Shown here in pieces: positions 12,807-27,800 of a stretch of 64,000 bases of DNA (positions within the stretch are counted from its first letter, which is position 1; each line of letters starts with the position of its first letter). The DNA comes from Eledone cirrhosa. Its lineage: Eukaryota. The stretch spans positions 268,150,001 through 268,214,000 of the forward strand of contig OZ024740.1 of NCBI GenBank assembly GCA_964016885.1. Reading direction: 5' to 3'. The translations under genes and the position numbers were made by a program. A model generated the notes under the pieces. The model was not told the origin of the DNA. It saw nothing but the letters and a program-made list of their open reading frames with translations, and made no database searches.

Positions 12807-13107
12807 CTTACATATATACATACATAGACAGGTACGTATGCATACATGTGTAAGTATGTACGACTGTATGTAGGTATATACTTAAATACACAAACGCACC
12901 TATATGCATTCCAAACTCGATTTGATTTAAGCTTTTATGACTCATATATGTGCCGCTAGTAAATATATCTGCAGGGTCCATATACCTGCGTATGGATTTC
13001 TGTATCTGCGTGTAAATAAATAAATAAATAAATATATATATATATGTATGTATATATATATATATATATATGAAATGTATTTACACACATACATATATAT
13101 ATATATA

Positions 13108-13182
13108 CAGGGTGTCCTAAAAATGTATACACATTTATTATAATGCTGTTGAAATGTGTATACATTTTTGGGGGACACCCTG
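13108..13182. mobile_element. 75-bp Tc1-like mini-MITE
   Basis: TA-cagggtgtcc..aaaatgtatacacattt / aaatgtgtatacatttt..ggacaccctg-TA. Confidence 0.75.
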
Positions 13183-13883
13183 TACATATTTTTATAGAAT
13201 TTCGGGTGGATTCCCGGTGGTGACAACATATTAAAAAGGTATTTAATTTGTACAGGCATCTTCATTTTATATATAAATTACTTATATAGAACTAGAACTC
13301 TTTCCTTCGTATGAAAGGAAAAGTAATGTATGTTAGCATGTGTGTATTTAAATGTCTACGTATTTCTTTATATATATATATATATATATGTCTGTGTGTG
13401 CGTGTGTGTAGTGCATGTGTGTTTACAGGAGTCTCTGTGTCTATATATGTGTGCGTTTTATTTACCTAAATACATGTGCCCACGCAACACGTGTCTGTGG
13501 GAGAGCCAAACAAATTTTGGTGACAAACAAGAGAAACGAAAGGCCAGAATCTTTTGCTGTAAAAAAAACAAAACGAAAAACTAAAACGATCAGGTAATGA
13601 TACCGTGAACCGCATTCCATAGACACAGGTGGCGTCTCCATCTAAAAGGTGGGGTATGATGCGGTATGGAAATTTGCCAAGAGGTTACCGTCTAAAGGAA
13701 GTGGTAATAAGTATATATAGAGATAGATTTTCAGGATATAAATATGACTAGCCATAGAACAACTGGAAGATTTAAAAGATGTGGGAGTTTGTTAGAAAAC
13801 AAACAATCAAGTAAAAATATATAGTAGTGGGTGTGATGCGTATGAATGGGATAAAAATCAAGCTTTTGACGTGAATATCTATA

Positions 13884-14406
13884 TGAGGTCTGTCGAAAAA
13901 GTGTCCGACATGGGGGGTGGGGCCTGATCTTATGGGTTTGCTGCAGGACCAGTTGCTATTCCCCTTCGAAATATGGCCTCTGGTGCCTCTACACACTTAG
14001 ACCAATGATCTTCCCGATTTTCGAACCATATTTGGAATGCTTCATCCAGAATGGTTATCAGCTGCACCGTCTCAGCCGGTACCTTTATTTTTTCGGAACA
14101 AAATTAAGACGGAGCCATGTCTGAAGAGTAGGGAGCCAGACAAATAAACGAAATACATTTACGATTCATCTACAGAGTTATTATAGTATTCAGGAATTCG
14201 GGATCCTTGTTAGTAGTGTTCGATCCAAAATTAGACAATTAAGTAGTACAACACATCCACGTATCCTCAGTGCTTGGCAGCAACTGGCACATCCAGTGAA
14301 CTCACCAAAAACAATGCATGCGACTCGACTTGCACATATTTGTACCCCAACGTCTTACTTCCCACGGTAAAAAAAATAAAATCGGATACTTTTTCGACAG
14401 ACTACG
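13884..14406. mobile_element. Non-autonomous mariner-like element
   Basis: TIRs gtctgtcgaaaaagtgtccga / tcggatactttttcgacagac with TA flanks. Confidence 0.7.
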
Positions 14407-14590
14407 TATTTGTATATATGAAACGAAAGAAGGATTAGATATAGTAAAGCTTGTTTCTTTGTTCATAGCTAATGATTCATTTCCATTTACTACTCTGAAT
14501 TTCTCGCTTTCGAATACATACACACACACACATACATACATACATACATACATACATACATACATACATACATACATACATACATACATA

Positions 14591-15188
14591 ATGGCTGCCC
14601 CCGCGTTATCGAGTATGGCCATTGCACGATATACCATCATTAATAATTATTAATTAATGCTATCGTGCAATGCTCACTTTTTAAAGTGAGCAAAAACTGT
14701 GCACTGAGCCAATCCCACTCTCTGAGCGACAGTAGCCATAAACCGAAAAGAAGAAAAGATCAACATCATCGGTAACTACGGAGCCGCAGGTTTTATATCG
14801 GAGTTATCCCAGTTTCCTGAGTTGCCTTCTCCTAGAAGAATGCCCTGACAAAGGCTAGGGGTCCTTCACTCCCAGTGGTTTAACCGCGCGATCGGGTGTC
14901 TAGCCCGAGTATTTCTATGTCCCCGCGCATATACATACACATGCACACATGTATATACACATATACATATACACACGTAGGTACATATTTACACACTTTT
15001 GGATGGCCGTTGACTCTTATGAGTTCTTCCGCCCCTTGTCAGGTTTTGCTTTTTGTTCTGCAGGGTGTCCAAAATCCTCCTCCTCACCAAGTAAACTTGG
15101 TGAGGTTGCCGGTTTAGTCGCCGACGACCTGACCATGCGACAGGTTGTACTGGGTTACATGTTACCAGTAGCACTCAAGAGTGACCCG
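14591..15188 (-). mobile_element. Bipartite RTE-derived element, subfamily B
   Basis: Homologous to subfamily A at the 5' and middle parts; different 3' part with hairpin cattgcacgata/tatcgtgcaatg; (ATGT)n tail. Confidence 0.7.
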
Positions 15189-15190
15189 AA

Positions 15191-15287
<97 letters not shown>

Positions 15288-15289
<2 letters not shown>

Positions 15290-15453
15290 TAATTCAAAAT
15301 ATTGACAAAAATAGACTATATTAACAAAAATAGTCTATTTTTGTACATATTTTGAATTAATATTAATAACTCCGGAAAACCATAACTGTTGAGTGCTTCC
15401 AATCTATTGTAAAACTCATTCTTTGATTTATTCATTGAACCTTGTTTAATCTT

Positions 15454-15457
<4 letters not shown>
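15288..15457 (+). mobile_element. Mini fold-back plus tail, same family as 35011-35466
   Basis: ttaattcaaaatat..aaaaatagacta / tagtctatttttg..atattttgaattaa, then shared tail tattaataactcc.gaaaacc..aatctattgtaaaact; (TA)n flanks. Confidence 0.65.
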
Positions 15458-15523
<66 letters not shown>

Positions 15524-15860
15524 ATATATATATATACACATAATATATATATATATACACAGTGAGTTCGACTCCCAGACCAGGTGATGCGTTATGTCCT
15601 TGAGCAAGACACTTTATTTCACGTTGCTCCTTCTACCTGGAGTTGCGACCGATAGATAGTATTAGCAACTGGAAAGACCAACGGAAACATTGATTCCTCG
15701 GTCCGATTTGACGATAGTCGATCGATCCTTTATATATACACACACACATGTTATATACATATGTTACTTTATCTATTTAATAGATTTTTATGTTGTGAAT
15801 AACATATGTATAATACTAGGTAAGGCTATCTGTAAAAGAAGAGAACTCAAAACGTGTTGA

Positions 15861-15917
<57 letters not shown>

Positions 15918-16114
15918 GGTTTGAGGTTCACCACTGTATAGAGCTGGTCAATTCCGTATGGTCAATCGTAATGTAATAATAGAGAGAGTACTCAACGTAA
16001 AGCAGTTCAACCGTCTTTGTTTTTGTAGTTGGTGGTGCTATTACAGAGTTAAATATTATAATGAAATGACAGGAGGCTGGATTTGTGTAAATCCTTGAAA
16101 GGTTTATTATACTA

Positions 16115-16929
16115 CTAGCAGTAAAGCCCGGCGTTGCTCGGGGTCGCTCAGTAGCTGTGTTAAAGTTACAATGTTAAGTTTCTTTTTTGGCTTAAAAACT
16201 GTAATGTCTACTGTGCAGACTTGCATGTGGTGTTTTTGATTAATATTCCATCAACCAACAATATGCCTTATGAAGTTAAGAAAACATAACGATAACCCGA
16301 ATGTTATAACAAAAGAGGATGCTGGGGATAAAAACTGCACTGGTTATTTATTAACAAAGATCGAAAATGTAAACACTGCAACGCAGAGAAAAACATTAGC
16401 GTAACCAAATTATCAGTTATGTCTGTCTGCACGCCTATATCACCTCTCTGCACGACTGTCTGTCTGCACGCCTGAAATATTTGCTTGTTTTACGTAGTCT
16501 TTAAATAGACTTGTTTTCAAGTAAAAATATTGTTTTAAAATGCTTTTAAATGGAAATGAAGCAAAACGGAAGCTTAGTGTTCGAACTGATGAATTTTGCA
16601 GGTCAATATTTTGCTGGCTCGACAACTGTTCGTGTATTGTGTTAATGTCATTTTAAACGCTGAGAAAGCCAGCGTAATTTTTTACGTAAGACGCTCAATG
16701 TAAACAGAACAAAGGGAAATAACTGATAACTTACGCTCAAAAATTGATACATTATATTCGATTTCGTCACATAGGTTGGGTCAATTTGAAATATTTTTTT
16801 TCCGATGTCTTCGCTAGGGCTCAATGTACAAGTATAGCAATTTCGGTGCAATTCCGTCAGCGATTCTAAGAGGAGATGTGTGCCAAAAATCGATAGACAG
16901 ACAGACAACCACAGTTTTATATATATAGA
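16115..16929 (-). mobile_element. Non-autonomous Helitron (815 bp)
   Basis: Minus strand 5'-TCTATATATATAAAA...(GTCT)n...CCCGAGCAACGCCGGG hairpin...CTAG-3'; inserted between host A and T with no TSD (empty site visible in the other arm). Confidence 0.9.
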
Positions 16930-17224
16930 TGATCATTTCAATGACCGGGTTCCGTATGAATCCGGTGATATCATCAGGTATTCGAAATATAATACGTGAA
17001 TGTAATAGATACAATCCATGGGGCTGAAAATCGAGGACCCGAGGGCGACCGCTATTCTGCTCCTTCAACCTCAGCCGGTCGCCCTCGAGTGACGTGGGTA
17101 AACTTTAGCCACGTCACTCGAGGGCGACCGGCTGAGGTTTAAGGAGCAGAATAGCGGTCGCCTTCGGGTCCTCGATTTCCAGCCCCATGGATTTTATCTA
17201 TTACATTCACGTATTATATTTCGA

Positions 17225-17282
17225 ATACCTGATGATATCACCGGATTCATACGGAACCCGGTCATTGAAATGATCATAGTAT
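17225..17282 (+). ncRNA. Minimal hammerhead ribozyme
   Basis: ATAC-CTGATGA-stem II-GAAA-TGATCA-TA-GTAT. Confidence 0.75.
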
Positions 17283-17328
17283 AATAAACCTTTCAAGGAT
17301 TTACACAAATCCAGCCTCCTGTCATTTC

Positions 17329-17372
<44 letters not shown>

Positions 17373-18040
17373 GTACAGCAAACATCACTGAAGGCCATAA
17401 ATCTATTCAGCCATTATACATACCTATCTGGGGGTAGATGATTAGGTAATGTGATCATGTAACCATCGGCCCGAGTTCATCAGATAGCATTCAGAGATAA
17501 GGACAAGCAACTTCTAAAGTTTATCGCTATGAAGGCCAGCCTAGAGCCTGTTCCCATCTAGCTGGCTGGACCTAATATGATCAACAACCCCAGAGAAACA
17601 TGGACAATAGCTGAATACACTTATGCACAATTTCATATGGCCTTCGCTAACATCTACTGTACTGTATGTATGCTCTGCCTTGGACTACCAAAATAAAGTT
17701 GGATTGTGACACGTCAAGTGTTTTAGTCTATTGGCATCACTATCAACTGTTTGGAGCGTGGATTGCACAACTCTAGTCAGTTAACACCTTATGAAAATGA
17801 TATCATCAAGACTTGGCCTTGTGAATAAAGATTAAGAAAGGGGTGATCCCCTGCTGCAGGAATGCTTGTGACTAGCACCATTATGCAAAGAGGCCAGTTG
17901 GAGTCCAGTACTGGATGGCACAGAAACTAGGAGCCTAACCCATCTCACTTGGAGACATACATACTACATACATGCATGCATACACACATACACACACACA
18001 CATATTACCATGCAGGATTTAAAACGCTTTCAGACATATT

Positions 18041-18205
18041 CTTACCATCTCCTTTCTATAAAGACTTGTTACAACTCTCTCTCACGTAGACACTGTTACC
18101 ATCCTCTTTCCATAAATACTTCCTACAGATATCTCACCTATAGACACTCTCTTACTATGACTTTTCCATAAAGACTTGCTACATATCTCTCACATTAGAG
18201 AGTTG
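18041..18205 (+). repeat. Degenerate ~58-bp tandem repeat, ~3 copies
   Basis: Recurring ttacca..tttccataaagacttg.taca..tctc.cac.taga. Confidence 0.55.
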
Positions 18206-18574
18206 TCAGAAAAAAAAGGTTGATCTCCCATCATTGTTGTTGTAAGGTAAATAAAAATGTGAATATATACTAACAGAGCCAAAATGTAACACAAACAGCA
18301 ACATTAAAGAGACACAAGGGCATAAGGAAGGAAAAACAAAAATGTAGTTAGAGAATTAATTGAGGGAGAACAACACAATACTGCTATAGATATAAACAGA
18401 AGTTTAAAGTAATGATTGATTATAATCCACCTGCTTTTCGCAGATACTACAGCAAACGTCAAAACATAACGCATGAAAGCAGTTTCTAAATTTAAAATTT
18501 AAATCAAATATCAAAGCGACATGACCGGAACATTTTGATGGAAGGATTTTTAATTCCTAAAATATTAGGACAAA

Positions 18575-18810
18575 ATAATAATAATAATGATTTCTACTAT
18601 AGACGCAAGGCCAGCAATTTTGGGGAGGGGGAAGGAGAGTCGATTACATCGTGCCTCAGAGCATTACTGGTGCTTTATTTTTTCAATCTCGTAGGGAAGA
18701 AAGACAAAGCAAACGTCAACGGAATTTGAACTTTAGCTGTAAAGGGCCGTAATTATACGCTCCACAGCATGATGTATGACGTTCCACCGATACTGCCAAT
18801 CCACTGCCCC
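18575..18810 (-). mobile_element. Diverged OK-type SINE immediately left of the satellite
   Basis: aaggccagcaattttgggg...accgatactgccaatccac. Confidence 0.7.
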
Positions 18811-18832
18811 AGGACAGATGTTGTTTAACCAA

Positions 18833-21800
18833 GCAGTACACCAATGGACCGCCATGAGCTGCTATTTATAGAACACAAACGGACCACCATGAGGTTTAGC
18901 TGATTTAGATGCTATTTCTAGCACAACTATGGACCACCGTGTGGTTCGGCATGTTTGAGCTGATGTAGCAGCAATTTCAAGCACACCTAAGCACCACAAT
19001 AAGGTTCCCCCTTATTCAGCTGCTATTTCTAGCACACCTATATACCATCATGAGGTTCCCTCTAGCTGATGAGGCTGCTATTTGTAGCACACTTATGGAC
19101 CACCATGAGGTTCCATCTATTTAGCTGCTATTTCTAGCACACCTATGGAACACCATGAGTTTCCATCTGTTTAGCTGATGTGGCCGCTATTTCTAGCACA
19201 CCCATGGACCACCATGAGGTTTCCCTTAATTAGCTGCTATTTCTAACATACCTATGGACCACTATAAAGTTCCCCAAATTTAGCTATTTCTAGCACAACT
19301 ATTGACCACCATTAGGTTTCCCCTATTTAGCTGCAATTTCTAGCACACCTATGGAACACCATCGGGTGACCACTTAGCTGCTATGGACTACTATAAGTTT
19401 CCTCTATTTAGCTGCTAATTCTAGCAGACCTATTGACAACTCAAGAACTCTTCTTGTAAATGTGATCTGAGCATCACTGTCAGCAGCGATTTGCGTTGGA
19501 CGAAGCACGTCTCTAAAATTGTCAAGAAGGCCGAGGGTGTCTTAGCATCACTCAGCAAGACCTTTGTCAGTCGCTCTCCAGCTATCTATTCAAAGCTGTA
19601 TATAGCTATGGTGTGGCCACACTTAGAATTTGCATCACCAGTCTGGAACCTCTATCTTGTTCAGAACATTGACCTGCTGGAAACTGTTCAGAGACGTGCA
19701 TCCAAGAGAATACCCTCCATCAGGCATCTACCATACTCTGAACGGCTTGCTTCCCTGGGCATGGATACATTGAAGCTCCGACGTCTGGCAACTGACTTGG
19801 TAAACACCCACAAAATTATTAACCATCTTGCCAACAACGACCTCGATCACCTTTTTGATGTGGGCATGCCTACAAAGTCAGAAAACAGCACAGCCCCCAT
19901 GACTTTCGGAAAATTTTTTTGACACTGAGAGTTGCACGGAACAAACTACCTGCATCAGTTGTTAGCTGTCGAGACACTGCATCCTTTAAAACCTCCATGA
20001 TTCCTGAAATTTGCCAACACTATACCTGATATCCCCCCTCCAAACACACGCACACATGTATATCATGACTCATACACTGTTCATTTTCCTGACATTTGTA
20101 CATGATTCTATATACTATACATGCACCTTTGATGAGTTGCAGTGCACCTGAGCACTGTACACAATAATTTCATTAGTATTAATTATAGGGTTCCCCCTAT
20201 TTAGCTGGAATTTCTAGCACACATATCGACCACCATAAACTTCCCCCTATTTAGCTGGAATTTTTAGCACACGTATGGACCATCATAAGCTTCCCCTATT
20301 TAGCTGCTAATTCTAACAACCTTTAGACCACCATGAGGGTCATTCTATTCAGCTGCTATTTCTAGCACACTTATCGACTATCATGAGGTTCTTCCTATTT
20401 AGCTGCTATTTTTCGCACACCTATGGACCAGCATGATGTTCCACTATTTAGATGCTATTTCTAGCACAACTATGGACCTGTACGAGGTTCCACCTGATTA
20501 GCTGATGTAGCTACTATTTCTAGCACATCTATGAACTACTATGCTGCTATTTAGCTGCTTTTTCTAACACATCTATGGACCCCAATGAGGTTGCTCCTAA
20601 TTAGCTGCTATATCTAACACACCTAATGACCACATTGTGGTTCCGCCTGGCTAGCAGATGTAGCTGCTATTTCTAGCACACTTATTGACGACATTCAGGT
20701 TCCCCTTATTGACCTGCTATTTGTAGCACACTTATCGATAAACATGAGGTTCCCACAATTTAGCTGCTCTTTATAGCACTCCTATGCACCACCATGAGTT
20801 TTTTGCAATTTAGCTGCTATTTCTAGCACACATTTGGACCATTATGATGTTCCCATATTTAGCTGCTATTTCTAGCAATTCTATGGACAACCCTGACGTT
20901 CCTCTACTTAGCTGCTATTTCTAGCACACATATGTACCACCATGAGGTTCAATCTATTTAGCTGCTATTTCTAGCACACGTATGGCCAAGCATGAGATTT
21001 GCCTTATTAAACTGCTATTTCCAGCACACGTATGAACCACTATGGGGTTCCCCAATTTCTACCATGAGGTAGCTGCTATTTCTCGCACACCTATGAGCCA
21101 CCATGAGGTTCCCCCCGTTTAGTTGCTATTTCTCGCACAACTATGAACCACCATAATGTTTCCCTATTTAGCTACTATTTCTAGCACAACTAGGGACTAC
21201 CACGAGGTTCCCCCTATTGAGCTGCTCTTTCTAGTACAGTTATAGACCACCATAAGTTTCTCCCTATTTAGCTGCTATTTCTAGCACACATATGGACCAC
21301 CATGAGGTTCCATCTATTTAGCTGCTATTCCTCGCACACCTATGGACCACCATGAGATTCCCCTATTTAGCTGCTATTTCTAGCACACATATGGACCACC
21401 ATGAGGTTACGTCTATTTAATTGCTATTTCAAGCACACCTCCGGACTACCATGGGGGTCACCCTATTTAGTTCCTATTTCCAGCACACCTATGGACTACC
21501 ATGACGGTCAAGTTATTTAGCTGCTATTTCTAACACACCTATGGCTCACCTTGTGGTTGCCCCTATTTAGGTGCTATTTCTAGCACACCGATGGAGCATC
21601 ATGCAATTATCCTTATTTAACTGCTATTTCTAGCACACCTATGGACCACCCCGATGTTTCCCTACTTAGCTGCTATTTCTTGCACACCTATGGACCACCA
21701 TAAGGTTCTCTCTATTTAGCTACTATTTCTAGCACACCTATCGATCACCATGAGATGCCCCTATTTAGCTGCTTTTTCTATCACACATATAGACTACCAT

Positions 21801-24800
21801 GAGGTTACGTCTATTTAGCTGCTATTTCTAGCACACTTCCGGACTACCATGGGGGTCACCCTATTTAGTTCCTATTTCTAGCACACCTTGAGGTTGCCCT
21901 TATTTAAATTCTATTTCTAGCACACCGATGAACCATCATGCGGTTATCCTTATTTAGCTGCTATTTCTAGCACACCTAGGGACTACCCCGATGTTTCCCT
22001 ACTTAGCTGCTATTTCTTGCAAACCTATGGACCACCATGAGGTTCCTCTAATTAGCTGCTATTTCTAGCACACAAATGGACCACCATGAGGTTACGTCTA
22101 TTTACTTGCTGTTTCTAGCACACGTCCGGACTACCGTGGGGGTTCACCCTATTTAGCTGCTATTTCCAGCACACCTATGGACCCCTTCCCGATGTTTCCC
22201 TACATAGCTGCTGTTTCTTGCACACCTATGGACCACCATGAGGTTCTCTCTATGTAGCTGCTATTTCTAGCACATATATGGACCACCACGAGGTCCAATC
22301 TATTTAGCTGCTATTCCGCGCACACCTATGGACCACCATGAGGTTCCCCTATTTAGCCGTTATTTCTAGCACACATATGGACCACCATGAGGTTACGTCA
22401 ATTTAGCTGTTATTTCTAGCACACCTCCTGACTACCATGACGGTCACCCTATTTAGCTGCTATTTCCAGAACACCTAGGGACCACCCCGATGTTTCACTA
22501 CTTAGCTGCTATTTCTTGCACACCTATGGACCACCATGAGGTTCACTCTACTTAGCTGCTATTTCTAGCACACATATGGACCACCCCGATGTTTCCCTAC
22601 TTAGCTGCTATTTCTAGCACACCTATGGACCACGCCGACGTTTCCCTACTTAGCTGCTATTTCTAGCACACCTATGGACCACCATCACGTTGTCTCTATT
22701 TTGCTGCTATTTCTAGCATACATATGGACCCCCATGAGGTTCCATCTATTTAGCTGTTATTCCTCGCACACCTATGGACCACGATGAGGTTCCCCTATTT
22801 AGCTGCTATTTCTAGCACACCTATGGACCACCATGAGGTTCCCCTATTTAGCTGCTATTTCTAGCACACACCCGGACTACCATGACGGTCACCCTATTTA
22901 GCTGCTATTTCTAGCACACATATGGACTACCATGACGGTCACCCTATTTAGCTGCTATTTCTAGCACACCTTCAGGTTGCCCCTATTTAGGTGTTATTTC
23001 TAACACACATATGGACCATCAAGCGGTTATCCTTATTTAGCTGCTATTTCTAGCACACATATGGACCCCCATGAGGTTCCATCTATTTAGCTACTATCCC
23101 TCGCACACCTATGGACCACCATGAGGTTCTCCTATTTAGCTGCTATGTCTAGCACACCTATGGACCACCATGATGTTCCCCTATTTAACTGCTATTTCTA
23201 GCACACATATGGACCACCATGAGTTTACTCTATTTAGCTGCTATTTCTAGCACACACCCCGACTACCATGACCGTCACCCTATTTAACTGCTATTTCTAG
23301 CACACCTATGGACTACCATGACGGCAACCCTATTTAGCTGCTATTTCCAGCACACCTCCGGACTACCATGGGGGTCACCCTATTTAGCTGCTATTTACAG
23401 CAGACCTATGGACTACCATGACGGTCACCTTATTTCGCTGCTATTTCTTACACACCTATGGCCCACCTTGACGTTGCCTCTATTTAGGTGCTATTTCTAG
23501 CACACCGATGGACTATCATGCAATTATCCTTATTTAGCTGCTATTTCTAGCACACCTATGGACCACCCCGATGTTTTGCAAATTAGCTGCTATTTCTAAG
23601 ACACCTATGAACCACGATGAGGTTCTCTCTATTTAGCTGCTATTTCTAGCACACATATGGACCACCATGAGGTGCCCCTATTTAGCTGCTTTTTCTATCA
23701 CACATATGGACCACCATGAGGTTACGTCTATTTAGCTGCTTTTTCTAGCACACTTCCGGACTACATGACGGTCACCGTATTTAGCTGCTATTTCTAGCAC
23801 ACCTATGTACTACCATGCCGGTCACCCTATTTAGCTGCTAAATCTAGCACGCCTTGAGGTTGCCTCTATTTAGGTGCTATTTCTAGCAGACCGATGGACC
23901 ATAATGCTGTTATCCTTATTTAGCTGCTATTTGTAGCACACCTGTGGACTACCCAGATGTTTCCCTACTTAGCTGCTATTTCTAGCACACCTATAGTCCA
24001 TCATAAGGTTCCTCCTATTTAGCTGCTATTTCTCATACACCTATGAGCCACCATGAGGTTTCCTCAATTTAGCTGTTATTACTCGCACAACTATGAACCA
24101 CCATAATGTTCCCCTATTTAGCTCCTATTTCTAGCACACCTATGGACCACCTTGAGGTTGCCCTATTTAGCTGCTATTTCTGTGCACACTGACGAACCAT
24201 CATGAGGTTATCCTTATTTAGCTGCTATTTCTAGCACACCTAGGGACCACCACGATGTTTCCCTTCTTAGCTGCTTTTTCTTGCACACCTATGGACCACC
24301 ATGAGGTTCTCTCTATTTAGCTGCTATTTCTAGCACACATATGAACCACCATGTGGTTCCATCTACTTAGCTGCTGTTCCTCGCACACCTATGGACCACC
24401 ATGAGGTTCCCCTATTTAGCGGTTATTTCTAGCATACATATGGTCCACCATGAGTTTACGTCTATTTAGCTGTTATTTCTAGCACACCTCCGGAATACCA
24501 TGAATGTCACCCTATTTAGCTGCAATTTCTAGCACACCTAAGGACTACCATGAAGGTAACCCTATTTAGCTGCTATTTCTAGCACACCTTGAGTTTGCCC
24601 CTATTTAGCTGCTATTTCTAGCACACCAATGAACCATCATGCGGTTATCCTTATTTAGCTGCTATTTCTAGCACATCTAGGCACCACACTGATGTTTCCC
24701 TACTTAGCTGCTATTTCTTGCACACCTAATAGACCACCACGAGGTTCTCTCTACTTTGGTGCTATTCCTCGCACACCTATGGACCACCATGAGGTTCCCC

Positions 24801-27800
24801 TATTTAGCTGCTATTTCTAACACACCTCCCGACTACCATGACGGTCACCCTATTTAGCTGCTATTTCTAGCCCACCTATGGACCACCCCGATGTTTACCT
24901 ACTTAGCTGCTGTTTATAGCACACATATGGAGCACCATGAGGTTTCCCTATTTAGCTGCTATTTCTAGCACACATATGGACCACCATGAGGTTCCATCTA
25001 TTTAGCTGCTATTCCTCGCAAACCTATGGACCACCATGAGGTTCACCTATTTACCTGTTATTTCTAGCACACCTATGGACCACCATGAGGTTACGTCTAT
25101 TTAGCTGTTATTTCTAGCACACCTATGGACTACCATGACGGTCACCCTATTTAGCTGCTATTTCCAGAACACCTAGGGACCACCCCGATGTTTCCCTACT
25201 TAGCTGCTATTTCTTGCACACCTATGGACCACCATGAGGTTCACTCTACTTAGCTTCTATTTCTAGCACACATATGGACCTCCTTGAGGTTACCCCTATT
25301 TAGGTGCGATGTCTAGCAAACCGATGGACCATCATGCGGTTATTCTTATTTAGCTGCTATTTCTATCACACCAATGGACCACACCGTTGTTTCTTTACTT
25401 AGCTGCTATTTCTAGCACACCTATGGAACACCCCGATGTTTCCCTACTTAGCTACTATTTCTAGCACACCTATGGGCCACCATCACGTTGTCTCTATTTA
25501 GCTGCATATGAACTACCATGACGGTCACCCTATTTAGCTACTATTCCTAGCAAGCCTATGGTCTACCATGACGGTCACACTATTTAGCAGCTATTTCTAG
25601 CACACATAGGGACCACCCCGATGTTTCCCTACTTAGCTGCTATTTCTTTCACACCTAATGGACCACCATGAGGTTCTCTCTACTTAGCTGCTATTTCTAA
25701 CACACATATGGACCACCATGATTTTCCCCTTTTTAACTGCTATTCCTCACAGACCTATGGACCACCATGAGGTTCCCCTATTTAGCTGTTATTTCTAGAA
25801 CACATACGGAGCATCATGAGGTTACGTCTATTTAGCTGTTATTTCTAGCACACCGATGAACCATCATGCGGTTATACTTATTTAGCTGCTATTTCCAGCA
25901 CACCTAGCTGTCCACCCCGATGTTTCCCTACTTGGCTGCTATTTCTTGCACACCTATGGACCACCATGAGTTTCTTTCTACTTAGCTGCTAGTTCTAGCA
26001 GACATATGGAACACCTTGAGGTGCCCCTATTTAGGCGCTATTTCTAGCAAGCCAATGGACCATCATGCGGTTATCCTTATTTAGCTGCTGTTACTAGCAC
26101 ATCCATAGACAACCCCGATGTGTCCCTTCTTAGCTGCTATTTCTAGCACACCTATGGACCAGCCTGATGATTCGCTAGTTAGCTGCTATTTCTAGCACAC
26201 ATATGGACCACCCAGATGTTTCCCTACTTAGATGCTATTTCTAGCACACCTGTGGGCCACCAACAGGTTGTCTCTATTTAGCTGCTATTTCCAGCACACA
26301 TATGGACCACCATGAGCTTCCATCTATTTAGTTGCTATTCCTCGCACACTTATGGACCAACATGAGGTTCCCCTATTTAGCTGCTATTTCTAGCACACAT
26401 ATGGACCACCATGAGGTTACGTCTATTTAGCTGCTAATTCTAGCACTCATATGGACCACCTTGTGTTACCCCTATTTAGGTTCTGTTTCTAGCAAACCGA
26501 TGGACCATCATGCGGTTATCCTTATTTAGCTGCTATTTCTAGCACACCTATGGACCACCCCGATGTTCCCTACTTAACTGCTATTTCTAGCACATCTATG
26601 GACCACCCCGATATTTCCCTACTTAGCTGCTATTTGTAGCACACCTGTCGACCAGCCCGATGTTTCTCTACTTAGCTGCTATTTCTAACACACCTATGGG
26701 CCACCATCAGATAGTCTCTATTTAGCTGCTATTTCCAGCACACATATGAACCCCCATGAGGTTCCCCTATTTAGCTGCTATTTCTAGCACACCTATGGAC
26801 CACCATCAGATTCCCCTATTTATCTGCTATTTCTAGCACACATATGGACCACCATGAGTTTACGTCTATTTAACTGCTATTTCTAGCACACCTCTGGACT
26901 ACCATGAAGGTCACCCTACTTAGCTGCTATTTCTAGCACACCTTGAAGTTGCCCCTATGTAGGTGCTACTTCTAGCACACCGATGGACATTCATGCGGTT
27001 ATCCTTATTTAGCTGCTATTTCAAGCACACCTATGGACCACACCGATGTTTCCCTACTTAGCTGCTATTTCTAGCACACCTATGGACCACCATGAGGTTC
27101 CTCGTATTTAGCTGCTATTTCTCGTACACCTATGAGCCACCATGAGGTTCCTGCAACTTAGCTGTTATTACTCGCACAAATATGAATCACCATAATGTTC
27201 CTAATTTAGCTGATATTTCTAGCACACCTACGGACCACCATGAGGTTCTCTCTACTTAGCTGCTATTTCTAGCACACATATGGACCACCATGAGGTTCCA
27301 TCTATTTAGCTGCTATTCCTCGTACACCTATGGACCACCATGAGGTTCCCCTATTTAGCTGTTATTTCTAGCACACATATGGACCACCATGATGTTATGT
27401 TTATTAAGCTGTTTTTTCTAGCACACCGATGAACCATCATGCGGTTATCCTTATTTAGCTGCTATGTCCAGCACACCCAGGGACCACCCCGATGTTTCCC
27501 TACTTAGCTGCTATTTCTAGCACACCTATGGACCACCATGAGGTTCTCTCAACTTAGCTGCTTTTCTAGCACACAGATGGACCACCTTGAGGTTACACCT
27601 ATTTAGGTGCTATTTCTAGAAAACCGATGGTCCATCATGCGGTTATCTTTATTTAGCTGCTATTTCTAACACACCTATAGACCACCCCGATGTTTCCCTT
27701 CTTAGCTGCTATTGCTAGCACACCTATGGCCACCCCAATGTTTCTTTACTTAGCTGCTATTTCTAGCACACCTATGGACCACCCCGATGCTTCCCTACTT

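Larger units (their letters stand above)
15915..17333 (-). mobile_element. Fold-back PLE-like element (2178-2712 family) split by a Helitron
   Basis: Left arm 16057-16114 plus 16930-17097, right arm 17107-17333; tail 15915-16056; (TA)n flanks. Confidence 0.8.

Noticed and set aside
15835-15865. Possible degenerate hammerhead
   Set aside because: Too many core mismatches
17364-17670. Possible MITE with imperfect terminal inverted repeats
   Set aside because: Arms too diverged and single-copy in the window to call
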